64,000 bases of DNA from Spirochaetales bacterium (GTDB lineage Bacteria; Spirochaetota; Spirochaetia; DSM-27196; SLST01), in assembly GCA_007127335.1 (NCBI GenBank), contig SKZO01000010.1:35370-99369 (forward strand), read 5' to 3'. The notes beneath the pieces were generated by a model. That model had not been told where the DNA came from and ran no database searches. It saw only the letters and a program-made list of their open reading frames with translations. Positions 50,704-58,892 of this stretch are shown here, piece after piece. The stretch's first letter is position 1. The number at the start of each line of letters is the position of its first letter. A program made the translations under genes and the position numbers.

Positions 50704-52857
50704 TCCCGATACGCCGACGGCTCCTTCCGGGGTCGACTGTTTGACGCGATACATGGCGGCATCCGCCGCGTTGAGCAGCGTCTCGTAGTCTTTGCCGTGC
50801 TCAGGGTAGAGGCTGACGCCGACACTCGCATCGATCCTGCAGACCTGCCCGTCCACCTCGATCGGTTCGCGTATCGCCGCGAGAACCTTCTCGCCAATCG
50901 CCTTCGCATCTTCGGCGCACCCTACCTCGTGCACCACGAGAACGAACTCATCGCCTCCTATGCGCGAGACGGTATCGGACTCGCGGACGGTCGCGCGCAG
51001 GCGCTCGGCGATGCTGACGAGCACCCGGTCACCGGCCTCGTGTCCGAACGTGTCGTTGATTGGCTTGAAGTTGTTCAGGTCAATGTAGAGCAGCCCGAAT
51101 ACCGCGGACCGACGTCGAGCGAGCGCGAGATGCTCGCGAACGAGCTCCGCAAGCAGTCGTCGGTTCGGCAGCTCCGTCAGCGTGTCGTGGTTTGCCATGT
51201 GCGCGATCTGTTCATAGGCGCGCTGCAACTGGTGCTTCTCCTGCTCAAGGGCACGGTTCAGTTGTTCTATGGTCTGCAGCTTTCTCGCATTCTCGAGAGC
51301 GATGGCGATGTAGGGCGAGAGCAGCCGAAGAATGCCCATCCTCTCGGCGTCGTACTGGTGTTTCCGGCCGCTTTGCAGCGTGAGCACACCGATGATCCGC
51401 TCCTCGACCTCGAGCGGCAGAAACACCATTGACCGGCAACGCTTCTCGGTAACCGGTTTTCGCTCAGTGACGTACCGATGATCGTGTCGGTCGGCGTCGT
51501 TCAGGCAGATCTCGTCTCGGTTGCGCACGACCCAGCCGGCGAAGCTCTCAGTGCTGGATACCGGCACCGTGAACGGGGTGATACGCTGGCCGTCTTCGAT
51601 AAGAAGCGCGAAATCGAGCGTCTCGCTCTCTTCACGGAGGAAGGCGATCCCGAAGACGTCCACGCTCATCAGGTCGCTCAGGCGATCGTGCAGCCGCTGC
51701 GTTATCTCGTCGAGATCGAGCGTCGACGTCAACTCTGAGCCTATGCGGTGCATGAGCTGCAGCTTGGCATTCGACGCTTCGAGCGCCTCCGACTTCTCCC
51801 GCAGATCGACGTTTCGGAGGTTGACGATCTTTGCCTCCATCCGTGCCTGATCGGTTTCGTGTCTCGCCTGAAGGGTCCGGACTCGACGGGCAGTCTCCTG
51901 CCCGCTGCGGTCACGCTGCACCGAGAGGCACCACCGCATGACTTCCAGCGCTCTCGCCGAGTCGCCGGCTTCCTCGAGTCGGTCGGCGAGGGTGCGGATC
52001 CGGTCACTCGACGTCATTGTCGCGTCGGTTGACGCGGCGAGATCCATCGCGTGTCGCAGATGCTCCTCAGCCTCATCGAGCCGTCCCGTTTCGATCAGAA
52101 TCTCCGCGAGGCTTTCGGTCGTTGCAATCACACCGGCCGGATAGTCTATCTCGGCGAACCGGGAGATGCTCTGGAGGTGCAGCTCCTCCGCGGTTTTATC
52201 ATCGTCGGATCGGCCGCGGCGGTAGAACTCGAGTCGACCAAGCTGAGTCAGCGCCTCCGCCTCGGCAACCAGATCGCCGGCGGCGACGGCGAGGTCGACC
52301 GCGTCTGTGAGAGCATCATCTGCGCGATCGAACTCGCCGTTCTCGAGAAAGATACGACCGAGGTTCATCCGGATGACCGCAAGCATCCCGTCGTCCTGGA
52401 GGTCCGACGCGAGGTCGAACGCCTCTGTATAGCAGTTGGAGGCCAATGCGAAGTCGCCTCGTTCACAGTGGAGCTCGCCGAGATTGTTGAGCGCTGCGAT
52501 CCGGCGCCGTACGCTGCCGGTCTGTTCCGCGATCCCGAGCGTCTGTTCCCAGATCCGTTGCGCCTGATCGTACTCCCCTATGCGGAACGAGAGCACTCCC
52601 AGCGCGTTCAGCGTCTTGGTCATGCCGTCGAGGTCGTCGAGCGAACGGAACTGTTCCTCCGCTACGGTCAGATGGCTCACGGCCTTCTCGTATCGGCCGA
52701 GGTTAATGAGTGCCCACCCGGCGTTCAGATGAGCGGTAGCCGCCCCCGTTTCGATCGCCTGGTCTTTCGCGTACTGGAGAGCGTCGTTGGCGAGCCGCAG
52801 CGAGAGTCCCGGGTTGCGTTGGGACATCTCCCAGGATTGCGTGTTGAGCGCCTGCAC
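50677..52857 (-). CDS. diguanylate cyclase: TPR repeats - coiled coil - GAF - GGDEF
   Basis: The GGDEF domain has an intact RIGGDEF active site and an RESD (RxxD) I-site five residues upstream. The N-terminal half is TPR-like and the middle is GAF-like. The 3' end overlaps the NUDIX 3' end by 27 nt in convergent orientation. Confidence 0.9.
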   Translation of the reverse strand: MQALNTQSWEMSQRNPGLSLRLANDALQYAKDQAIETGAATAHLNAGWALINLGRYEKAVSHLTVAEEQFRSLDDLDGMTKTLNALGVLSFRIGEYDQAQRIWEQTLGIAEQTGSVRRRIAALNNLGELHCERGDFALASNCYTEAFDLASDLQDDGMLAVIRMNLGRIFLENGEFDRADDALTDAVDLAVAAGDLVAEAEALTQLGRLEFYRRGRSDDDKTAEELHLQSISRFAEIDYPAGVIATTESLAEILIETGRLDEAEEHLRHAMDLAASTDATMTSSDRIRTLADRLEEAGDSARALEVMRWCLSVQRDRSGQETARRVRTLQARHETDQARMEAKIVNLRNVDLREKSEALEASNAKLQLMHRIGSELTSTLDLDEITQRLHDRLSDLMSVDVFGIAFLREESETLDFALLIEDGQRITPFTVPVSSTESFAGWVVRNRDEICLNDADRHDHRYVTERKPVTEKRCRSMVFLPLEVEERIIGVLTLQSGRKHQYDAERMGILRLLSPYIAIALENARKLQTIEQLNRALEQEKHQLQRAYEQIAHMANHDTLTELPNRRLLAELVREHLALARRRSAVFGLLYIDLNNFKPINDTFGHEAGDRVLVSIAERLRATVRESDTVSRIGGDEFVLVVHEVGCAEDAKAIGEKVLAAIREPIEVDGQVCRIDASVGVSLYPEHGKDYETLLNAADAAMYRVKQSTPEGAVGVSGLRVTDGQV

Positions 52858-52935
52858 TCGCTCGGCGGCTGCGGACGACCGCGTATCTGCAGACAGAACG
52901 TCCTCCCGTTCTTAGTATAGACGGCGACACCCACC

Positions 52936-52966
52936 GAGGAAAGCGCCTTTCCTCTGGGTTTATTTT
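52936..52966 (+). terminator. intrinsic-terminator-like hairpin in the leader of the ECF sigma operon
   Basis: It forms a perfect 8-bp stem, GAGGAAAG-CGC-CTTTCCTC (52936-52954), followed by TGGGTTTATTTT. A candidate promoter cAGACA (52890-95), 17-nt spacer, TAGTAT (52913-18) lies just upstream. Confidence 0.45.
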
Positions 52967-53009
52967 CGCGCATGGCGTACAATTCCGGTGACACCCGTGC
53001 CCTCCCGAG

Positions 53010-53528
53010 GTGTTCTACAGACGTGAGGAGCGGCACCAGGATGGAGCTGTGGCAATCGATGTCGAAGCCTACTACCGCAGATATGCCGCCATGGTGCTCA
53101 GACGCTGCAGATTCATGCTGCGGGACGAGGAGGCAGCCCTGGATGCGATGCAGGACGTCTTCGTCGAGCTTCTGCGACGGGAGGACGACCTCGTCCACAG
53201 CGCGCCGTCGAGCCTGCTCTACACGATCGCTACGCATGTCTGTCTCAACCGTCTGCGAAGCTCGAAACGCCGGCCGGAGACTCGCGATGACGAGATACTC
53301 CTGTCCATCGCCGGCGACGAGAGTCCGGAGGATCGGACGCTCTCGAGCCATTTCCTTGACCGACTCTTCCGGCGAGAGCCTGACGGCACGAGAACCATCG
53401 CGGTCCTCCACTATGTGGACGGACTCACCCTTGAGGAGACGGCTGCGCAGGTCGGGCTCTCGATCAGCGGCGTGCGCAAGAGACTGCGCCGACTCCGAGC
53501 GCGCAGCCTCGAGCTCAGGGACATATGA
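53010..53528 (+). CDS. ECF (group 4) RNA polymerase sigma factor
   Basis: It is about 170 aa. Region 2 is YRRYAAMVLRRCRFMLRDEEAALDAMQDVFVEL and region 4 is LHYVDGLTLEETAAQVGLSISGVRKRLRR. The start codon is uncertain (GTG 53010). Confidence 0.85.
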   Translation: MFYRREERHQDGAVAIDVEAYYRRYAAMVLRRCRFMLRDEEAALDAMQDVFVELLRREDDLVHSAPSSLLYTIATHVCLNRLRSSKRRPETRDDEILLSIAGDESPEDRTLSSHFLDRLFRREPDGTRTIAVLHYVDGLTLEETAAQVGLSISGVRKRLRRLRARSLELRDI

Positions 53529-53535
53529 GGCGTAG

Positions 53536-54339
53536 ATGAGCACAGAACGAGTCCCGGAGCTCCTGATCGAACAGTATCTGCTTGGCGAGCTCTCGCCGGA
53601 AGCGGCCGCGCGTGTGGAGCGCTCGATCGGCTTCGAAGAGCGGGTCGAGATGATCCGCCGGGACAACGACTCATTCGCCAGGCGCTATCCGGCCGGAGTC
53701 TACGCGGCACGCATTCGCAACCAGTACGACGCCGGAGCGCGAACGCAAAAGCACGCTCGTCGACGCGCTCGCGTCGTACGCGTGCTGACACTCGCCCTCC
53801 CCGGCGCGGCTGCGATGCTGGCGATCGGGATCCTCCTCTTCGGAGGGAGAGGCGACGGGTTCGTTGCTTCCGGTGATCCCCAGGCCGAGATAACGAGACT
53901 CAAGGGGGCGCAGCCGGGCATCTCCCTCTATCGCGCCGACCCGACGGTCGACGGCGGGGTGCAGCGGCTCAGTGACGGCGAACGTGCCCGACCAGGCGAC
54001 GTCGTGCAGCTCGCCTATCAGGCAGCCGGCGCCTCCTACGGGATGGTATTCAGCATCGATGGAAGCGGCGCTGTGACCCTGCACTACCCGCCGAGTCCGG
54101 CATCATCACCGGCGCTGACGCCCGGAGGGGAGCAGCCGCTGCCCTACGCATACCGGCTCGATGACGCCCCCCGGTTCGAGACATTCTACTTCATCACCTC
54201 CGAGAGTCCGTTCGACGTATCAACTCTCCTTGCCGACCTTCACGGCCAGGCCGCACACATCGCCGGCGACCCCGACCGGAGTCCGGACCTCCCGCGACAC
54301 TTCGAGATCCGGACGATCACCATTCGAAAGGGAGAGTAG
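53536..54339 (+). CDS. single-pass anti-sigma factor candidate with periplasmic DUF4384-like domain
   Basis: Its ATG lies 7 nt after the sigma gene stop, with GAGG upstream. It has an N-terminal helical segment LIEQYLLGELSPEAAARVE, a TM helix VLTLALPGAAAMLAIGILLF and a C-terminal beta domain with GDVVQLAY...YGMVFSIDGSGAVTLHYP. Confidence 0.7.
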   Translation: MSTERVPELLIEQYLLGELSPEAAARVERSIGFEERVEMIRRDNDSFARRYPAGVYAARIRNQYDAGARTQKHARRRARVVRVLTLALPGAAAMLAIGILLFGGRGDGFVASGDPQAEITRLKGAQPGISLYRADPTVDGGVQRLSDGERARPGDVVQLAYQAAGASYGMVFSIDGSGAVTLHYPPSPASSPALTPGGEQPLPYAYRLDDAPRFETFYFITSESPFDVSTLLADLHGQAAHIAGDPDRSPDLPRHFEIRTITIRKGE

Positions 54340-56499
54340 ATGCGTCGGTCAACAGCCCGGGTAGCGACAGCGATCGTACTCTTTCTGGGCATGCTCGTTG
54401 CCGCCACCACATGGGCTCAGGAGATGCCGGTGCGCCGGTACGGTCTGTTCGTGGGCGCGAACGACGGAGGCCGTGGCCGGGTGACGCTTCGATGGGCGGT
54501 GTCCGACGCGCGCCGGCTTGCCGACCTCATGACGGAGATCGGCGGCATCCACCCTCAGGACAGGTATGTTCTGACCGACCCGAGTGTGCGTGACCTCGAG
54601 CTGCAGTTCGAGCACCTCTCGCTGCGCCTTGCCGCAGACCGGCAGCGGGTGCGGAGAGCCGAGATCGTGTTCTACTACTCCGGCCATTCCGACGAGTACG
54701 GGCTGATGCTTGGCGAGGATCATCTCGCGTATGACGAGCTGCGTCGCATGATCAGCCTGCTCGCCGCGGATGTCAGCATCGCGATACTCGACTCCTGCGC
54801 ATCCGGAGCCTTCACCCGCCTGAAGGGTGGCGCTTTCACCCGCCCCTTTCTGATTGACGAAGGGACCTCAGTGACCGGACACGCCTTCCTTGCTTCGAGC
54901 AGCGCCGACGAGGCGAGCCAGGAGTCGGACACGCTCGGCTCGAGCTTCTTCACCCACTACCTCGTCAGCGGATTGCGTGGAGCCGCAGACACGAGCAACG
55001 ACGGGAGGGTTACGCTCGACGAGATCTACCACTATGCCCGCGAAGAGACGCTGCAGCGGACGCTCGGCACCCTTGCCGGTCCGCAGCACGCGAGCTTCGA
55101 TTTCCAGCTCACCGGATCAGGCAGTCTCGTACTCACAGATCTGTCCGACATCACCTCGGCAATCGTCCTCGACCGGTCGATGTCCGGCCGACTCTTCGTT
55201 TCCCGAGAGCACGGGGGGCTCGTCGCAGAGGTTCGAAAGGATGAGGGGAGGGAGCTGCGGATCGCCCTGCCGAGCGATACCTACATACTCACGCTCCAGG
55301 GCGAAGACCGCAACTACCAGCATCGTGTGAGCCTTGGCTCCAACTCCTTCGTCCGTGTTGGTCCTCGGGATTTTCGCGTCACGTTGCTCGATCGCACCCG
55401 ACTGCGCGGAGCGGAACCGTCGCCGGTCCCGCTGAGAGTGACGATGATGCCCGAGGTCGCCCTCCGCGGCAGCGATCCCTACCAGACGACACTCTCGATC
55501 GGCCTGCTGATTGGACGCGCCTATAGAGTGAGGGGCGGGCAGATCAGCAGCGTCTTCAGTATCGCCCACGAGAACCTGTCCGGCATCCAACTCTCCGGAG
55601 CAGGCAATTCCGTTGGCGGAGACCTCGTCGGGGTCCAGGCAGCCGGCGTCTTCAACGTCGTGGGGGGTGACTCGCTGGGCGTTCAGGCAGCCGGTGTGTT
55701 CAACAGGGTGGAGGGCACAGGCGCTCTTCTCCAGAGCGCAGGAGTCTTCAACGTCGCGACGGCGGATTTCGCGGGCGTGCAAACCGCCGGTGTCTTCAAC
55801 GTCGCCGATGGCACGCTCGCCGGGGTGCAGACCGCCGGCGTCTTCAACCGCTCCGGCGCCACCAACGGCGTGCAGATCGCGCTCGTGAACGTTGGAGGAA
55901 ACGTGAACGGAGCCCAGGTTGGGCTGGTGAACGTCGGGAATCGGGTTGTGGGCACGCAGATTGGTCTCGTCAACGTCTCCCGCGAGATGTACGGTGTTCC
56001 TGTTGGGCTGGCGAGTTTCGTGGAGGAGGGCATTTCCAACGCGAGTATCTGGTGGGAGGGCGACGAACGAACGTGGGTCGGCGTGCAGAACGGCAGCAAT
56101 ATCTTCTACACGCTGGTCTTTGCCGGCATCGAGCGAGGCGGACGCTGGCGCGACCTCGACGGGTTCGGCGCCGGCGCCGGGGTCGGGTTCCGGGTTACGC
56201 GTCGGCCCTTCTACATCGACGTCGATGCCGCCTGGAAGCGGATATCCGACGGCGTGGACCCTCAGGAACGATTCTCTGCGCTCTTCGACCCGAACCGCGG
56301 GGCCTCCTTCCCTTCGGCCCGCATCATGGCGGGCATTGCGATAGGAGACGGGTTCGGGTGGTACATGGGCGGCAGCTTCGACGCCGCGGGGCCTTTCTCG
56401 TCCGACACGATCGGTTACTTTGAGGGCAGGGAACACCCGATTCCTTTGTTCGGGAACACGGCGCTCTATCCCAGGTTCTTCACCGGGTTGCGGTTCTAG
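54340..56499 (+). CDS. secreted caspase-family (peptidase C14, orthocaspase) protein with C-terminal Gly/Gln/Asn repeat array and OMP-like terminus
   Basis: ATG 54340 directly abuts the anti-sigma TAG stop. The signal peptide is [28 protein letters not shown]. The catalytic dyad context is YYSGHS (H116) and ILDSCASG (C153). The C-terminus ends ...FFTGLRF. Confidence 0.85.
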   Translation: MRRSTARVATAIVLFLGMLVAATTWAQEMPVRRYGLFVGANDGGRGRVTLRWAVSDARRLADLMTEIGGIHPQDRYVLTDPSVRDLELQFEHLSLRLAADRQRVRRAEIVFYYSGHSDEYGLMLGEDHLAYDELRRMISLLAADVSIAILDSCASGAFTRLKGGAFTRPFLIDEGTSVTGHAFLASSSADEASQESDTLGSSFFTHYLVSGLRGAADTSNDGRVTLDEIYHYAREETLQRTLGTLAGPQHASFDFQLTGSGSLVLTDLSDITSAIVLDRSMSGRLFVSREHGGLVAEVRKDEGRELRIALPSDTYILTLQGEDRNYQHRVSLGSNSFVRVGPRDFRVTLLDRTRLRGAEPSPVPLRVTMMPEVALRGSDPYQTTLSIGLLIGRAYRVRGGQISSVFSIAHENLSGIQLSGAGNSVGGDLVGVQAAGVFNVVGGDSLGVQAAGVFNRVEGTGALLQSAGVFNVATADFAGVQTAGVFNVADGTLAGVQTAGVFNRSGATNGVQIALVNVGGNVNGAQVGLVNVGNRVVGTQIGLVNVSREMYGVPVGLASFVEEGISNASIWWEGDERTWVGVQNGSNIFYTLVFAGIERGGRWRDLDGFGAGAGVGFRVTRRPFYIDVDAAWKRISDGVDPQERFSALFDPNRGASFPSARIMAGIAIGDGFGWYMGGSFDAAGPFSSDTIGYFEGREHPIPLFGNTALYPRFFTGLRF
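55582..56013 (+). repeat. about 10 tandem degenerate 14-18-aa coding repeats (G-[VIA]-Q-x-[AG]-G-[VL]-[FV]-N-[VR]...) inside the caspase gene
   Basis: The units are [10 protein letters not shown].., [121 protein letters not shown] and GVPVGLASF. At DNA level GCCGG(C/T)GT(C/G)TTCAAC recurs. Confidence 0.75.
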
Positions 56500-57467
56500 C
56501 TGTCCTGCTGGAACTCCTGGTACGCGCGGATCGTCTGCAGCTGCCGCAGCTTGCGAATCGCTTTTTCCTGGAGTTGACGCACGCGCTCGCGGGTGATTCC
56601 AAGCCTCTCGCCGGTTTCCTCCAGCGTGTAGGGCCCTTCAGACCCGATTCCGAATCGCAGCTTGATGATGTGTTTCTCACGCGCCGTCAGCGCCGACAGC
56701 GCGTCCTGGATGTGTTCGCGAACGCCATCGCGATATGCGCTCTCCACCGGCGCGAGCGACGCGTCGTCTTCGATCAGATCGGAGAGTCTCGTGGAGTTCT
56801 CGTCGTCCACCGTGACGTCGAGACTGGCCGCGTCCTGCGCGAAACGGCTGACCTCCTCGACGCGCTCCGGGTCGCACCCGAGACGCTCGGCTATCTCCTG
56901 CACGCGCGGCTGGCGTCCGAGCTCGTCGGTCAGCTGCCGGCTCACCGAAAAGCAGCGCCGGATATGGGTCAGCATGTGCACGGGAATCCGGATGACCCGC
57001 CCCTTATCGGCGAGCGCCTTCACGATCGCCTGCCGGATCCACCATGTGCCATAGGTGCTGAAACGACACCCCCTGCGGTAGTTGAACCGGTCGACCGCCT
57101 CTATCAGCCCGATGTTCCCCTCGTCTATGAGATCGAGCAGCCCCAATCCCTGGTGCTGGTACCGTTTCGCGATCGAGACGACAAGGCGAAGATTCGACTG
57201 AACCATCGTATGCTTCGCCTCGTGGTACTCGGCTTTCAGCGCGTCGAGCTCCGCGGTATTCCGCCGGGCCGACGACTCCATCTCGGAAATCCGGCTCTTG
57301 AGCTCTGATATTCGCATCGCGAGCGACTGCTCCTCCCGCGCGCTGAGCAGGGAGTAGTCAGATATCTGCTGCAGATAGAAGGCGAGCGGGTCGGCACCGT
57401 CATATGCTGTTGGCGAGCGCAGAACGCCGGCTCGCGGAGTAGCATCGGTCTTCGTCGACTCGCTCAT
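56496..57467 (-). CDS. group-2 sigma-70 family sigma factor (RpoS/RpoD-like)
   Basis: Region 2 is [37 protein letters not shown]...[13 protein letters not shown]. Region 4.2 is [34 protein letters not shown] precedes ATG 57467. It lies directly downstream of an nlpD-like gene, as in the nlpD-rpoS arrangement. Confidence 0.85.
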   Translation of the reverse strand: MSESTKTDATPRAGVLRSPTAYDGADPLAFYLQQISDYSLLSAREEQSLAMRISELKSRISEMESSARRNTAELDALKAEYHEAKHTMVQSNLRLVVSIAKRYQHQGLGLLDLIDEGNIGLIEAVDRFNYRRGCRFSTYGTWWIRQAIVKALADKGRVIRIPVHMLTHIRRCFSVSRQLTDELGRQPRVQEIAERLGCDPERVEEVSRFAQDAASLDVTVDDENSTRLSDLIEDDASLAPVESAYRDGVREHIQDALSALTAREKHIIKLRFGIGSEGPYTLEETGERLGITRERVRQLQEKAIRKLRQLQTIRAYQEFQQDS

Positions 57468-57503
57468 ACTTCCTCTTCCTGTCTACGCAGCACCTCAGGG
57501 CAG

Positions 57504-58325
57504 TCAGCCCCGCGGTGCGGTCTCCGGATCCACGTATCGGTTGTTGCGCCAGACGGTGAACAACACCATCGGTGTTTCAAACGCCGGCGAGAAGCCGACG
57601 GTTCCGAGCGTTGTACCCCCGTCAACGCGATCGCCCCTGCCGACGTGCACACGATCGGCTCCGGCGTATCCGTACAGATACCCGTTCTCGCCGCGAATCA
57701 GAATCAGCTTCCCGAAACTGCTGAACGGCCCGATATACTCCACCACACCTCGCGACACCGAGCGGAACTCGTCGCCGACGCTCCCGCGCATGACCACCCC
57801 GGGGAACTTGCCGTCCCACACTGTGCGAGCTCCCGGGTGCGGCCAGTCGGGAACGCGTTCCACCCGCGCGGGGTCGGCGGGAACCGGGATCACCCCGCTC
57901 CGTGACGGATCGCCGCGCTCGGACGCCGTATCGCGCTCGGGAGCTCGATCCGTTGCGTCCCCGGGTGTCGCGACGGATCCCGGCACGACCAGGACGTCGC
58001 CCGGACGAACAACGTCGTCGCGCCCGAGGTTGTTGGCCGCGAGGAGTTCGAGCCAGTTGACTCCAAGCTTCCGGGCGATCGAGAAGATGTACTCGCCGCT
58101 CTGTACGACATATGTTCCCGGGATCCGGATTCGGGCTCCCACCGAAAGCCGTGTGGGATCGGCTATGTCGTTGTGCCGCAGCAGGTGGTCCACCGATACG
58201 CTGTAGCGCCTTGCGAGCGTATAGAGCGTCTCTCCCTGCCGCAGCACGTGGACCTGTTCTTCCGCCGGCAGCGTCACGGCGAGAAGGAGGAGCGGCAGGA
58301 CGGTCAGGATGCGTTTTCTCGCCAT
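57504..58325 (-). CDS. LysM-LysM-M23 (degenerate LytM) protein, NlpD-like
   Basis: It has a signal peptide MARKRILTVLPLLLLAVTL and two LysM repeats (HVLRQGETLYTLARRY.., YVVQSGEYIFSIARKL..). The C-terminal M23 fold lacks the HxxxD and HxH metal ligands; MVLFTVW sits where HLHFE is expected. Confidence 0.85.
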   Translation of the reverse strand: MARKRILTVLPLLLLAVTLPAEEQVHVLRQGETLYTLARRYSVSVDHLLRHNDIADPTRLSVGARIRIPGTYVVQSGEYIFSIARKLGVNWLELLAANNLGRDDVVRPGDVLVVPGSVATPGDATDRAPERDTASERGDPSRSGVIPVPADPARVERVPDWPHPGARTVWDGKFPGVVMRGSVGDEFRSVSRGVVEYIGPFSSFGKLILIRGENGYLYGYAGADRVHVGRGDRVDGGTTLGTVGFSPAFETPMVLFTVWRNNRYVDPETAPRG

Positions 58326-58388
58326 TTCGTCGATTACATTCTCGGTGGTGAGCGGCGGAAAGTGAAGCCTTTTGCTCTTTGATACGCC

Positions 58389-58892
58389 GTGGTAGGATGC
58401 CGCGTGCTGACACGATGTGGGCTTCCCGGCGCCCTCCTTGCGATCTTCCTCTTCCTGATGGTGCTCATCCCCGGTGCGGCAGCGCTTTCGGATGGGCCTG
58501 TCCCGTCGGACGTGCTCGCAGACGCCCTCGAGGTATCACGGCGGGGGGAGTCGCCTCTGTTCGCGGTCGGCAACCTGGCGCTGCACGAGGTCTCGTACGC
58601 TTCGCTTCCCGCCCTCCTCTCCTTCTCGCTCGAGGGAGAGCGGACCCGCGCGATCGTGGTCTCCTTCGACGCACGCGAAGGCGATCCGGATGGTCTGAGG
58701 CGTGACGCCGACCGTGTGCTCAAGCGTCTGCGCGTGCGGTACGGACCGCCTGCCTCAGTCACCAGAACCGCCGGGGAGTTCAAGACCCACGTATGGCGCG
58801 AAGGCCCGCGAATCCTTGTCCACACGGTTGTCTTCACGCCGGGGCTCGAGCGCCACTACATCGAAGCCAACATGGGCACCCGCGATGAGTGA
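58389..58892 (+). CDS. secreted hypothetical protein
   Basis: It has a hydrophobic N-terminus (GALLAIFLFLMVLIPGAAA). The start is GTG 58389 or GTG 58404. The 3' end overlaps the next gene by 8 nt. I recognise no family. Confidence 0.5.
   Translation: MVGCRVLTRCGLPGALLAIFLFLMVLIPGAAALSDGPVPSDVLADALEVSRRGESPLFAVGNLALHEVSYASLPALLSFSLEGERTRAIVVSFDAREGDPDGLRRDADRVLKRLRVRYGPPASVTRTAGEFKTHVWREGPRILVHTVVFTPGLERHYIEANMGTRDE

Noticed and set aside
55117-56436. A 439-aa minus-strand ORF, plus several other ORFs over the caspase repeat region.
   Set aside because: It is antisense to the repeat-containing 3' half of the caspase gene. The repeat periodicity keeps several frames open, and only the plus frame is continuous with the signal peptide and catalytic domain.
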